From the sequence record SRR20825019_488: 64,000 bases of DNA; one strand, written 5' to 3'. Both the position numbers and the translations under genes were made by a program. Of the stretch, positions 34,588 to 44,006 are shown in pieces (position 1 is the stretch's first letter; the number at the start of each line of letters is the position of its first letter). The notes under the pieces were generated by a model that ran no database searches, was not told the origin of the DNA, and was given only the letters and a program-made list of their open reading frames with translations.

Positions 34588-34899
34588 ATGAGCCAACAGC
34601 AAACATTCCGCAATTTCGCGGACTTCTATCCGTACTACCTTGAAGAACATAGCGATGTAAACTGCCGCAGGCTTCACTTCGTCGGCAGCCTACTGGTTAT
34701 CCTCGTTACACTCTACGCCATTGTAACGGCCAAGTTCCTCTATCTGTTGCTCCTGCCCGTCATCGGATACGGCTTTGCCTGGGTTGGCCACTATGGTTTT
34801 GAGAAAAACCGGCCAGCCACGTTCAAGTACCCACTGTACAGCCTGATGGGCGACTGGGTGATGTTCAGGGATGTACTCATCGGGCGGATCCGTTTCTGA
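34588..34899 (+). CDS. DUF962/Mpo1-like small membrane protein
   Basis: FYPYYL.EH, RRLHFVG, AWVGH..FEKNRPATF. Confidence 0.88.
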   Translation: MSQQQTFRNFADFYPYYLEEHSDVNCRRLHFVGSLLVILVTLYAIVTAKFLYLLLLPVIGYGFAWVGHYGFEKNRPATFKYPLYSLMGDWVMFRDVLIGRIRF

Positions 34900-36336
34900 A
34901 TGATGAGCGCACCGATCGACCTGCGTAACGCCAGCACCAGTGCCAGCAAGGCCGCCGTGCTTGACGCGCAGAACCATCCGATTGCCATCCCGCCCATGCC
35001 GGATTACAACGGCAGGATACTGGCGTATACGGCGACTGCCGGCATTATTGTGTCAGGCGTACTGCAAGACGTCTTCGGCCTGTGGATGCTGTGGCTGCTT
35101 TCAGGCGCCCTGACCTGGCCACACATTGCCCATCAACTTACCCGACGAACGTTTCTCCGTAACTCATCCCGTATTCGCCAGAAAATGCTGTTAACGGATT
35201 GCGCCATCGGGGGTGGATTCGTCGGCTGCATTGGATTGATTGCGATACCCTCGGTCGCCGTGGCACTGATGCTGATGTTCAGTTGCCTGATTGTGGGCGG
35301 CATCCGCCAGTGGCTGCTAGGCACCATGATCATGGCCGCCTGCGGCGCCATCGGCGTTGCCATCGTGGGCCCCGCCGAGTCACTGCAGTCGCCGATGATC
35401 ACCAGCATTATCGCGATCAGTGCCACCGGCCTTTATATCTGTGTGACTGCGTTCTATTCCCATCAGCAGGCCCGCGCGCTGATGATGGCAAAAACCCAGA
35501 TCCAGAATCAGCGGGAACAATCCATTGCCCTGTCCCACAAACTCTCCAAGTACCTGTCACCGCAGGTGTGGCAGTCCATCTTTACCGGTGAAAGGGACGT
35601 GCGGCTGGAAACACAACGCAAGAAACTGGCCGTCTTCTTCTCCGACATCAAGGGTTTTACAGAACTGTCCGAAGAGATGGAGCCGGAAGCACTGACGGAA
35701 CTGCTGAACCACTACTTCAACGAAATGTCGGAAGTGGCCCTCAAATACGGTGGCACCATCGATAAGTTCGTTGGCGATTCCATCATGATTTTCTTCGGTG
35801 ATCCCACCAGCCGGGGCCAGAAAGAAGACGCCTTCGCCTGCGTGTCCATGGCGGTGGAAATGCGCAAACACATGAAAATCATGCGGCAGAAATGGCGCAG
35901 CCAGGGTATCAAGACACCGCTGGAAATCCGCATGGGCATCAGCACAGGCTACACCACCGTTGGCAACTTCGGCGCCGAGAACCGCATGGACTACACCATC
36001 ATCGGCAAGGAAGTGAACCTGGCCAGCCGCCTGGAATCCCTGGCTGAACCCGGTGAAATCCTGATCTCCTACGAAACCTTCTCGCTGATCAAGGACCGCA
36101 TCATGTGCCGCGACAAGGGCGAGATCACCGTGAAAGGCTTCGGCCGCCCGGTCTCCATCTACGAAGTGGTGGATTTCCGTCGCGACATGGGCCCCAACCG
36201 CAGTTTCCTTGAGCACGAACGCAGCGGCTTTGCCATGTACCTGGATTCGGAAAAAATCACCGAACGGGAACGGGAGTCCATCCTGTCTGCGCTCGAGGAT
36301 GCCGCTGAGCGACTGCGCCAGGAAGAGGATTCCTGA
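34900..36336 (+). CDS. cyaB: Class III adenylate cyclase with N-terminal membrane (MASE2-like) domain, CyaB-like
   Basis: FFSDIKGFT, DKFVGD, DYTIIGKEVNLASRLE, VKG; the Lys/Asp specificity pair indicates ATP. Confidence 0.88.
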   Translation: MMSAPIDLRNASTSASKAAVLDAQNHPIAIPPMPDYNGRILAYTATAGIIVSGVLQDVFGLWMLWLLSGALTWPHIAHQLTRRTFLRNSSRIRQKMLLTDCAIGGGFVGCIGLIAIPSVAVALMLMFSCLIVGGIRQWLLGTMIMAACGAIGVAIVGPAESLQSPMITSIIAISATGLYICVTAFYSHQQARALMMAKTQIQNQREQSIALSHKLSKYLSPQVWQSIFTGERDVRLETQRKKLAVFFSDIKGFTELSEEMEPEALTELLNHYFNEMSEVALKYGGTIDKFVGDSIMIFFGDPTSRGQKEDAFACVSMAVEMRKHMKIMRQKWRSQGIKTPLEIRMGISTGYTTVGNFGAENRMDYTIIGKEVNLASRLESLAEPGEILISYETFSLIKDRIMCRDKGEITVKGFGRPVSIYEVVDFRRDMGPNRSFLEHERSGFAMYLDSEKITERERESILSALEDAAERLRQEEDS

Positions 36337-36354
36337 CCGTTCCCGCCTTTACAC

Positions 36355-37173
36355 CTACTGCCTGATCAACCGTGGCCCTACCGCCTCTTCCGGGTCGGTA
36401 CTGCGCCAGGGGTTGATATCCAAACCACCCCTTCGGGTATAACGGGCGCAAACCGACAGCTTCTGCGGCTGACAACGGGCCATCAGGTCGGTAAACATCG
36501 TTTCCACACAATGCTCATGAAAGTCCTGCTTCTGGCGAAAACTCACGATGTATTGCAGCAGCCCTGCCCGGCCCATCGCCGGGCCGGTGTAATCGATCAG
36601 CACCGTTGCCCAGTCCGGTTGGCCGGTGACGGGGCAATTGCTTTTCAGCAGGTGGGAGCACAGTTTCTCCGACACCACATCACCCGTCGCCTTTAGGCTG
36701 TCCGGGTTGTAGTCGTAGCCCACGGATTCCACATCCTCGTCGTCGATCAGCACGAAGCCTTCCGGCCGACCGACCGCTCTCGCTCCCTGATCAACACTGT
36801 GCAGGTCTACATTGACCGCCGCACCGCTTGCGCTCGACAGGTCACGGGCAATCACATCCCGAACCTGATCGGCGGAGGAAAACACCGTCTGGTTCAGGGA
36901 ATTCAGGTACAGCTTGAGAGACTTGGACTCAACAATGGAGGGCGACGCCGAAGGCACCCGAATTTCCGCCCAGGCGACTGCGGGCACGCCCCCGGTGCGC
37001 AACCAGGAAATTTCCCAGGCCTGCCACAAGTCTTCCCCGAACCAGGGCCAGCGGCCATCCTCCAGGCCGATGCGGCGACGGTTTTCCTCCCGTGCCACGG
37101 GAAACAACAATTGCGGATCGTAGGCATCCGGGTAGTCGCTGGATTTGCCCAGCGGGGCATCATTAAGGGCCAT
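36355..37173 (-). CDS. queF: NADPH-dependent 7-cyano-7-deazaguanine reductase
   Basis: ESKSLKLYLNS, CPVTGQPD, FHEHC, YTRRGGLDINP. Confidence 0.97.
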   Translation of the reverse strand: MALNDAPLGKSSDYPDAYDPQLLFPVAREENRRRIGLEDGRWPWFGEDLWQAWEISWLRTGGVPAVAWAEIRVPSASPSIVESKSLKLYLNSLNQTVFSSADQVRDVIARDLSSASGAAVNVDLHSVDQGARAVGRPEGFVLIDDEDVESVGYDYNPDSLKATGDVVSEKLCSHLLKSNCPVTGQPDWATVLIDYTGPAMGRAGLLQYIVSFRQKQDFHEHCVETMFTDLMARCQPQKLSVCARYTRRGGLDINPWRSTDPEEAVGPRLIRQ

Positions 37174-37195
37174 GATCAATCCTGGGAAACGTTCA

Positions 37196-37969
37196 TCAGT
37201 GACGTATGCCCTTACCGCGCGCCAACATGCGCAGGGAAATGGCAGACAGAATGGCAATAAACAGCAGAATCATACCAAGGGCAACGTATGGATTAACATC
37301 CGACACGCCCAGAATACCGTAGCGGAAGGCATTCACCATGTAGAGTATCGGGTTGATCATCGACACCCCTTGCCAGAACCCCGGCAGCATGTCGATCGAG
37401 TAGAACACCCCGCCCAGGTAAGTCAGTGGTGTCAGAACAAAGGTCGGCACAATGGAAATATCATCAAACTTGGTCGCCAGCATGGCGTTGATGAAACCAC
37501 CCAACGAAAACAGCGCCGATGTCAGGAACACCGTCAGGATCACCATCGGCAGATGATGGATCGACAACTGCGTAAAGCCCAGTGACAGCAGCGTTACGAT
37601 CAACCCGATGCCCAATCCCCGGGACATACCACCTGTCACATAGCCGGCGAGGATCACCCAGTTGGGCACAGGTGACACCAGCAACTCCTCAATGCTGCGC
37701 TGGAACTTCATGGAGAAAAACGACGACACCACGTTGGCGTAGGAACTGGTGATCACCGACATCATGATCAGACCTGGAACAATGAACGCCATATAATCGA
37801 AGCCGCCCATCACCCCAATGCGCGAGCCAATAAGGTTGCCGAAAATAATAAAGTACAGCGTCATGGTGACCGCCGGTGGCAACAGAGTTTGTGGCCATAT
37901 CCGCATGAAGCGACGGATTTCACGGGTGACGATGGTTTTATACGCGGTCAGCATCGCATCCGTTCTCAT
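37196..37969 (-). CDS. yadH: ABC-2 type transporter permease (YadH-like)
   Basis: RIWPQTLLPP, FIVPGLIMMS, NPILYMVNAFRYG. Confidence 0.9.
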   Translation of the reverse strand: MRTDAMLTAYKTIVTREIRRFMRIWPQTLLPPAVTMTLYFIIFGNLIGSRIGVMGGFDYMAFIVPGLIMMSVITSSYANVVSSFFSMKFQRSIEELLVSPVPNWVILAGYVTGGMSRGLGIGLIVTLLSLGFTQLSIHHLPMVILTVFLTSALFSLGGFINAMLATKFDDISIVPTFVLTPLTYLGGVFYSIDMLPGFWQGVSMINPILYMVNAFRYGILGVSDVNPYVALGMILLFIAILSAISLRMLARGKGIRH

Positions 37970-38913
37970 GCGGTTTCTCCCTGGGTGGCGTTACGGGGGT
38001 TGTTGTCCTCAACCATGCGGATAAACAGCTCTTCGAGTCGGTTGGCTTTGGTGCGCATGCTGACCACCCGAACGCCCTGCTGTTCCAGCTGGATGAACAT
38101 GCCGTTCAGACTCTGGCCCTTTTCCACATCCACCACCAGGGCGCCCTCGTCATCCATGTGACTGAAGAAACCGTCGAGCACCGGTGCTTCCGTCAACGGC
38201 TCGGCGGTGTCAAGCACGAAGGTTTCAGAGCTCAACTGCTGCAACAACGCTCGCTTGCTGGTGTGACGCAGGATCTTGCCGTGGTCGATGATGGCAATAT
38301 TGCGGCACAGGGCTTCCGCTTCCTCCAGGTAGTGGGTGGTCAGGATGATGGTGGTGCCCTGTCGGTTCATCTCTTCCAGGAACGTCCACATGGAGCGGCG
38401 CAACTCGATATCCACCCCGGCCGTGGGCTCATCCAGAATTAGCAGCTTGGGTTCATGCACCAGCGCCCGGGCAATCATCAGCCGCCGCTTCATGCCCCCC
38501 GACAGCATCATGGCCGGCGTATTGCGCTTGTCCCAGAGCCCAAGCTGGCGCAGGTACTTTTCTGCGGACTCCGATGCCTTCTTCAGAGGAATACCGTAAT
38601 AGCCCGCCTGGGTGGTCACAATGTCGAACACCTTCTCAAACTGGTTAAAGTTGAACTCCTGGGGCACAACACCCAGGTTCAGTTTGGCGTCCGATAGATG
38701 GGTGTCGATGTCAGATCCGAATACGCGAACCTTGCCCGCGCTTTTATTCACCAGTGAGCAAACAATGCCAAGGGTGGTGGACTTCCCCGCCCCGTTGGGT
38801 CCTAGCAAGGCAAAAAAGTCACCTTCGGCGACATGCAGGTCAATCCCTTTCAGGGCCTGGAAGCCGTCGCCATAGGTCTTGACCAGACCTTCGATTTCAA
38901 GTGCGTTGGTCAT
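37966..38913 (-). CDS. yadG: ABC transporter ATP-binding protein (YadG-like)
   Basis: GPNGAGKST, LSGGMKRR, LDEPTAGVD. Confidence 0.92.
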   Translation of the reverse strand: MTNALEIEGLVKTYGDGFQALKGIDLHVAEGDFFALLGPNGAGKSTTLGIVCSLVNKSAGKVRVFGSDIDTHLSDAKLNLGVVPQEFNFNQFEKVFDIVTTQAGYYGIPLKKASESAEKYLRQLGLWDKRNTPAMMLSGGMKRRLMIARALVHEPKLLILDEPTAGVDIELRRSMWTFLEEMNRQGTTIILTTHYLEEAEALCRNIAIIDHGKILRHTSKRALLQQLSSETFVLDTAEPLTEAPVLDGFFSHMDDEGALVVDVEKGQSLNGMFIQLEQQGVRVVSMRTKANRLEELFIRMVEDNNPRNATQGETA

Positions 38914-39171
38914 AGTGAATCCAGAGCTGCAGGGGCCACCGACAATGCTGCTGCCGCGCCCAATTAGTGGAATAGAAAAAACAAAAGCTATAACTGGAGG
39001 CCCGGAAAGTGAAATTCAAGTAGTTCGGCGCAATCCCCCCACACCGACTAAAACCCCAAACTGCGACAGGATTCCCGATATGGCACCAGTGCCGTCCTTA
39101 TAATGCCGGTTACAACAACTTACAAAAGGTCTTGCACCACCGACCGAACGCCAGGGAATGTACGCGCCACC

Positions 39172-40308
39172 ATGAGATCCGTTCACTTCACATCTGTATT
39201 ACCGTCTCTGATTTGCCCGCTCGCATTAACGGTCCTACTGGCCGGGTGCTTCGGTGGCGACGGCAGCGGCGGAGATGACGGTTCACGCACGGGGCAGCTC
39301 ATGCCGGCGGGTATCTCCGGGCTTACCTATTCCACAGCCAGCCGCAACGGCACCACTGACGCCAACGGACGCTTCAACTACTACCCCGGCGAACGGATCA
39401 GCCTTCGCGTCGGCAACCTGCAACTGGCGGATGGGATTCCCGCGCGGTCCATTGTCACCCCTCTGGAATTCTTCCCGGACCTGCGAACTGCGCTGGAGAT
39501 ACCAGGCACCACCGACGAAGGACTGCAGAACCACCGACTGACAGAACAGCAACTGATCCAGGATGAAGTTACCCTGATCAACATGACGCGGTTTCTACTG
39601 GCGCTCAACTGGAGCCTGAACCTCTCCAATGGCCAGGGCATCGACATACGGGAGCGGGTTATTACGCAACTGAATGCCGCGCTACCCGACCTGGACGCGC
39701 CGATCGACTTCAATGTTCCTGAAAGCGACTTCGCCGAAGGCGGCAACTCGCCGTCTCCCGCCAACCAGTTGCTGCAAAGCATCTGCTTCTACCCAGCCGA
39801 CGATGAGCTTTGTGAAGACCCACCCACCGAAGAGGAAATCGCCAACGCGGACCCTCGCCCGGACGAAGAAGAGGACCGTGACGAAGACGCCGAGTATCGG
39901 GAGGACCTGCAAAGCAAGCGTGATCGCATCCTCAACGCCGTTCGCAGCCTGGAGGATGTGGATGTCGAGGACGCCGAGGGTTATCTCACGCGGGAACTGG
40001 ACACCATCAGCACCCAACTGGCCAACCGTTATTACCTGGACGATTATGTGGCGGAATTCCCCGCATCGGACACCGCCATCAAAACCGTGCGGGTACGCAA
40101 GATAGCCGATCAGCCGCAATTGGATACCATTGAAGCCATCAGCACCCGCGATCAGGATGTGGTGGTGCACTCTTTCGATTGGCAGTCAGCGTCTGTGGAG
40201 TATTTTGTCGCGGGTGAATCCGGAGGAGAATCCGAGCTGTTGGTGAACTTCCGCCCCGAAGGTACCTACCGATGGGTGAAGAAACAGCTCAGGGTACTTA
40301 TTCAATAA
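39172..40308 (+). CDS. Acidic lipoprotein of unknown function
   Basis: Signal peptide with LAGC lipobox, Gly-rich linker, long open frame with host-like codon usage. Confidence 0.8.
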   Translation: MRSVHFTSVLPSLICPLALTVLLAGCFGGDGSGGDDGSRTGQLMPAGISGLTYSTASRNGTTDANGRFNYYPGERISLRVGNLQLADGIPARSIVTPLEFFPDLRTALEIPGTTDEGLQNHRLTEQQLIQDEVTLINMTRFLLALNWSLNLSNGQGIDIRERVITQLNAALPDLDAPIDFNVPESDFAEGGNSPSPANQLLQSICFYPADDELCEDPPTEEEIANADPRPDEEEDRDEDAEYREDLQSKRDRILNAVRSLEDVDVEDAEGYLTRELDTISTQLANRYYLDDYVAEFPASDTAIKTVRVRKIADQPQLDTIEAISTRDQDVVVHSFDWQSASVEYFVAGESGGESELLVNFRPEGTYRWVKKQLRVLIQ

Positions 40309-40330
40309 TTGCTCGATAACCCGAGCCGTA

Positions 40331-41638
40331 TCAGGCGCCGACAATGCGTGACAGGTTCCAGCGGGACTCCGCACCAGTGACGTCGTAGTGCTCCGGGTTC
40401 AACCCTTCCGTGCCATGGGGCAGGCACTCGGCCACTGTCAGGGTGTCATGCGCGCCACGCCCTTCATTGTATTTTGCAAGGTCCACGATCCGGGCGGACT
40501 TCAACGGCCGGTGATAGCAGTCCGTCATCACCATAACCTTCGGCCACAACCGACGCTCCGGCGCATGGGAAACCACAATACCGCGCTGGCCATCGTTAAG
40601 CTCAACCAGGCTGCCGGTGGGGTAAATGCCAATGGCCTGGATAAACTGCTCCACCAGGTCCTCCTGGAATTCAATGTTGCGCATTTCATACAACAGCGTC
40701 ACCGCGCGGGCCGGCGTCATGGGCTCCGCCGAAGTCCGCGGGCCAATCAGTGTCTCGAAATATTCTGACAGCCCCGCCACCTTGGCCAGCAGTGGAATCC
40801 GGTCGCCCCGGACACCTTCCGGGAAACCGGATCCGTTATGCCGTTCGCGGTGGCCCTGCACAACACTGAGAACCGCACGGGATAAACCGCTGTCCGCAAG
40901 CTTCGCAACACCGCGCTCCACGTAAGTGCGGTACACGGAGAAGTCCTCGGAATCCAGCTTACCCTCATTGGCAAGAATGCGTGCAGGAAGGTCCAGCTTG
41001 CCAACCTGAGACAGCAGGCAGCCCAGCCCAAGGTGATTGAGAAGGCCTTCATTCAGGCCCAACTGACGACCACAGACCAGCGCCCATACTGCCGTATTCA
41101 GGGAGTGCCGATACGTATAGCTGTCATGGTGACGGGTGCGGCTGAGCCACAGCATGGCATCGGGATTGCGAACAACGCTGGAAACCATTTTCTGGGTGAC
41201 GACAGCCACCCCTCTAAGGTCCGGCGTTTCATGCTGACGAATGGCCTCGAAAACCTGATTCAGCGACGCTTCCGCATCGATCATCAGCTTCTTGGACACC
41301 TTCAGTTCTCTGCGCATGGTCGTTACGGAGTCGTACTTGACCGGCTCCTTGATATTGAGAGGCGGCAACTGTACCGAATCTCGCTCATGCCCTGAGCGTT
41401 TGCTCGGGCGCCTGAAGATGCGTTTTCCGGGTTTGCTCTGATCGATGGCCTCGCGAACCTCGGCCTCATCGATAATCACCCATTTGCAGTGCGTAACCAG
41501 CGAACGCACGTCGTTCTGGGAGCGGATGTGAAAGCCCTGGATGGGGAAAGGCGTCTGATGCCACGGGCGATCGAGATCGGACACAAACATGCCAATCTCC
41601 AGATCGTGTACAGCAATTTTCTTTTGACGGACTCCCAC
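40331..41638 (-). CDS. DUF3391 + HD-GYP domain protein, active site degenerate
   Basis: LEIGMFV..LDRPW..TPFPIQGF N-terminus, YTYRHS, ERHNGSGFPEG; HD replaced by SQ. Confidence 0.88.
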   Translation of the reverse strand: MGVRQKKIAVHDLEIGMFVSDLDRPWHQTPFPIQGFHIRSQNDVRSLVTHCKWVIIDEAEVREAIDQSKPGKRIFRRPSKRSGHERDSVQLPPLNIKEPVKYDSVTTMRRELKVSKKLMIDAEASLNQVFEAIRQHETPDLRGVAVVTQKMVSSVVRNPDAMLWLSRTRHHDSYTYRHSLNTAVWALVCGRQLGLNEGLLNHLGLGCLLSQVGKLDLPARILANEGKLDSEDFSVYRTYVERGVAKLADSGLSRAVLSVVQGHRERHNGSGFPEGVRGDRIPLLAKVAGLSEYFETLIGPRTSAEPMTPARAVTLLYEMRNIEFQEDLVEQFIQAIGIYPTGSLVELNDGQRGIVVSHAPERRLWPKVMVMTDCYHRPLKSARIVDLAKYNEGRGAHDTLTVAECLPHGTEGLNPEHYDVTGAESRWNLSRIVGA

Positions 41639-41778
41639 GGGACACCTCTAACACGTGCACGAATCGATAATCACTATTGTGACGCCCGCTCAGAAAGAGT
41701 CCATTACATTTTTGTAGTGTGAAGTAACCGGAACGCGACAGGGAGTAACCGAAACTATCATCAGGAAACAAAATGTAG

Positions 41779-41800
41779 CAACGTGACACCATTCACATTA
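41779..41800. promoter_or_regulatory. CRP/Vfr-like binding site upstream of the HD-GYP gene
   Basis: Minus strand TAATGTGA-ATGGTG-TCACGTTG matches TGTGA-N6-TCACA with one mismatch. Confidence 0.65.
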
Positions 41801-41819
41801 CTGACAGGTCGCTGCCCTG

Positions 41820-42419
41820 CTATTCGTCGTCACAAACCGAATCATCCAGTTCCGGCGGCCGGGCGTGAAGTGATCCACGGGGGGATTTGCGGCTATAGAT
41901 AGTGTAAGGCACCGTTGAAGCCCGGATATAGTCGATGTTGTCGGCATCATCGCCACTACCCCGAACGGTCTTGACCGGCTCACAGGACACCAGCAGATCC
42001 AGTGACGAACCAATATCGGTGACGCGTGCCGCCGGATCGTCCGCATTTATCGTCATGCAGCGCTTGCCAGCTGCCGACGCGCCCGTGCGGGCAACACGGT
42101 CCAGCCCTTCGTTACCGCAGGCCCGGATACCCTCCCCGCAGGATTGGTTGGCGGCGTCTTCATGGCTGTCATCCACCAGACGCCATTCACGGGCGCTACA
42201 TTGGGTTTCGACGGTAATGGGTGTGGACCGGTTATCCGCCACCCACCAGCCGGGGTATTCGGCAGTCTGCCACGTCAATTTTACCTGGCGATCTTCGCCA
42301 GCCGAATTCTCAGCGGGAAACACCGCGTAGTGGGTGTAATAGGATGCGCACCCACTCAGGACAAATGGCAGAACGGCGACGATAAGCCGCATAGGGAAGA
42401 AAAATCTGTTGAATATCAT
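41820..42419 (-). CDS. Cys-rich lipoprotein of unknown function
   Basis: LSGC lipobox, six further Cys. Confidence 0.78.
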   Translation of the reverse strand: MIFNRFFFPMRLIVAVLPFVLSGCASYYTHYAVFPAENSAGEDRQVKLTWQTAEYPGWWVADNRSTPITVETQCSAREWRLVDDSHEDAANQSCGEGIRACGNEGLDRVARTGASAAGKRCMTINADDPAARVTDIGSSLDLLVSCEPVKTVRGSGDDADNIDYIRASTVPYTIYSRKSPRGSLHARPPELDDSVCDDE

Positions 42420-42434
42420 TCAGGTGAGCACCGT

Positions 42435-42707
42435 CTATTGATCCGCAAACTGTAGACCAAAACCGTCGTTGGTCTTACGTACCACCACCATATCCAGCAC
42501 GGGGGCGGGCACCGGAAGGCCCTGCACCTGGACCTGAACACTGTCACCGATCGACGGTGCGAAAGGTTCGGTGTCGACGACTATAAAAACGCCGCCATCG
42601 GAAATGTCCCTGGTTGAGAACACGAATTCACCCAGTTCTTCATGGGTAACCCGAACCTTCGCACTCATTGCTGTGCGACCGTGCACTCTTCGATCATTCC
42701 CAACCAT
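42435..42707 (-). CDS. Stand-alone PilZ domain protein
   Basis: RRVHGR (RxxxR), DISDGG (DxSxxG), GFGLQF. Confidence 0.9.
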   Translation of the reverse strand: MVGNDRRVHGRTAMSAKVRVTHEELGEFVFSTRDISDGGVFIVVDTEPFAPSIGDSVQVQVQGLPVPAPVLDMVVVRKTNDGFGLQFADQ

Positions 42708-42792
42708 AGTCTGTATGCCCACCACTTTTTACATAGTTTTTATAGTCTTCCGAAGCATAACACCATTTCCGCGATAAGTTGGCAACGGTGTA

Positions 42793-42831
42793 TTGACACT
42801 CAGTGCAACACAAATGAGAATAGTTGGCATT
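42793..42831 (+). promoter_or_regulatory. Sigma70 promoter overlapped by a Fur-box-like site
   Basis: TTGACA-17bp-GAGAAT; AAATGAGAATAGTTGGCATT resembles a Fur box, upstream of an Fe(III)-binding protein. Confidence 0.75.
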
Positions 42832-42904
42832 GTTAACTACCATTACGTCTCACTACACGTATAAAGATCACCCCTTACCCAAAACCAAAAAAGGAATACC
42901 TGCC

Positions 42905-43918
42905 ATGAAAATGAAACTTGCGGCGACCGCCATCGCAGCAGCCTGCGCGCTGCCCCTGCAGGCCAGCGCTGACGGCGAGGTCAACATCTACTCCTACCGC
43001 CAGGCTTACCTGCTGGAACCGCTGCTGAATGCGTTCCAGGAAGAAACCGGTATCGAAACCAACGTCGTCTTCGCCAAGAAAGGCCTGGCAGAGCGACTGG
43101 AGCGTGAAGGACGCAACAGCCCCGCGGACCTGGTGATGACGGTGGATATCTCCCGCATCAACGAGCTGGTTGAGCGCGACCTCGTTGAAGGCATTGAAAA
43201 CGAAACCCTGCAGAGCAACGTCCCGCAGAACCTTCGTCATCCTGACGGCAAGTGGTTCGCCCTCACCACCCGCGGCCGGCTGATCTATGCCTCAAAGGAA
43301 CGTGTTGAAGAAGGCGAGATCACGACCTACGAGCAACTGGCGGATGAAAAGTGGGATGACCGCATCTGTACCCGCAGTGGCAAGCACCCTTACAACATTG
43401 CCCTGTTCTCCTCCATGATCGCCCACCATGGCGAAGAAGCCACTGAAGAGTGGCTGGAAGGCCTGAAAGACAACCTGGCACGCAAGCCCCAGGGCGGTGA
43501 CCGTGACCAGATCAAGGCCATCCATGCCGGCGAGTGCGACATTGCCATCGGTAACAGCTATTACTACGGCAACATGCTGAACGACGAGAACCAGCGCGAG
43601 GCCGCCGAGTCCGTACGCCTGGTATTCCCCAACGCAGCTGGCCGTGGCACTCACATCAACATCAGCGGTATCGCCCTGACCAAAAGTGCGCCCAACCGTG
43701 ACAACGCCATCCGCCTGATGGAGTTCCTGTCAGAGCCCAAGGCACAGCAGATTTACGCCGAGGCCAACACCGAATACCCGGCCAACCCCGACGTAAAGCC
43801 CTCCGGCATGGTGGCCGAATGGGGTGAGATTAACCCGGACGACCTGTCTCTCCAGGAAATCGCGGAGAACCGCAGCGCAGCGGTGAAGATGGTTGATCGC
43901 GTCGATTACGACAACTAA
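42905..43918 (+). CDS. Fe(III) ABC transporter substrate-binding protein (FbpA/FutA)
   Basis: VNIYSYR, SPADL, GGDRDQIKAI, NSYY Tyr ligands. Confidence 0.93.
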   Translation: MKMKLAATAIAAACALPLQASADGEVNIYSYRQAYLLEPLLNAFQEETGIETNVVFAKKGLAERLEREGRNSPADLVMTVDISRINELVERDLVEGIENETLQSNVPQNLRHPDGKWFALTTRGRLIYASKERVEEGEITTYEQLADEKWDDRICTRSGKHPYNIALFSSMIAHHGEEATEEWLEGLKDNLARKPQGGDRDQIKAIHAGECDIAIGNSYYYGNMLNDENQREAAESVRLVFPNAAGRGTHINISGIALTKSAPNRDNAIRLMEFLSEPKAQQIYAEANTEYPANPDVKPSGMVAEWGEINPDDLSLQEIAENRSAAVKMVDRVDYDN

Positions 43919-43933
43919 ACCATCCTTGTATTG

Positions 43934-43964
43934 AAAAAGCCGGGACTCAGGTCCCGGCTTTTTT
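43934..43964 (+). terminator. Intrinsic terminator-like hairpin between Fe(III)-binding protein and permease
   Basis: AAAAAGCCGGGAC-TCAG-GTCCCGGCTTTTTT. Confidence 0.8.
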
Positions 43965-44006
43965 GTACAATCCGCACCCTATTCCCAATTCACCCAAAGG
44001 AAACCT

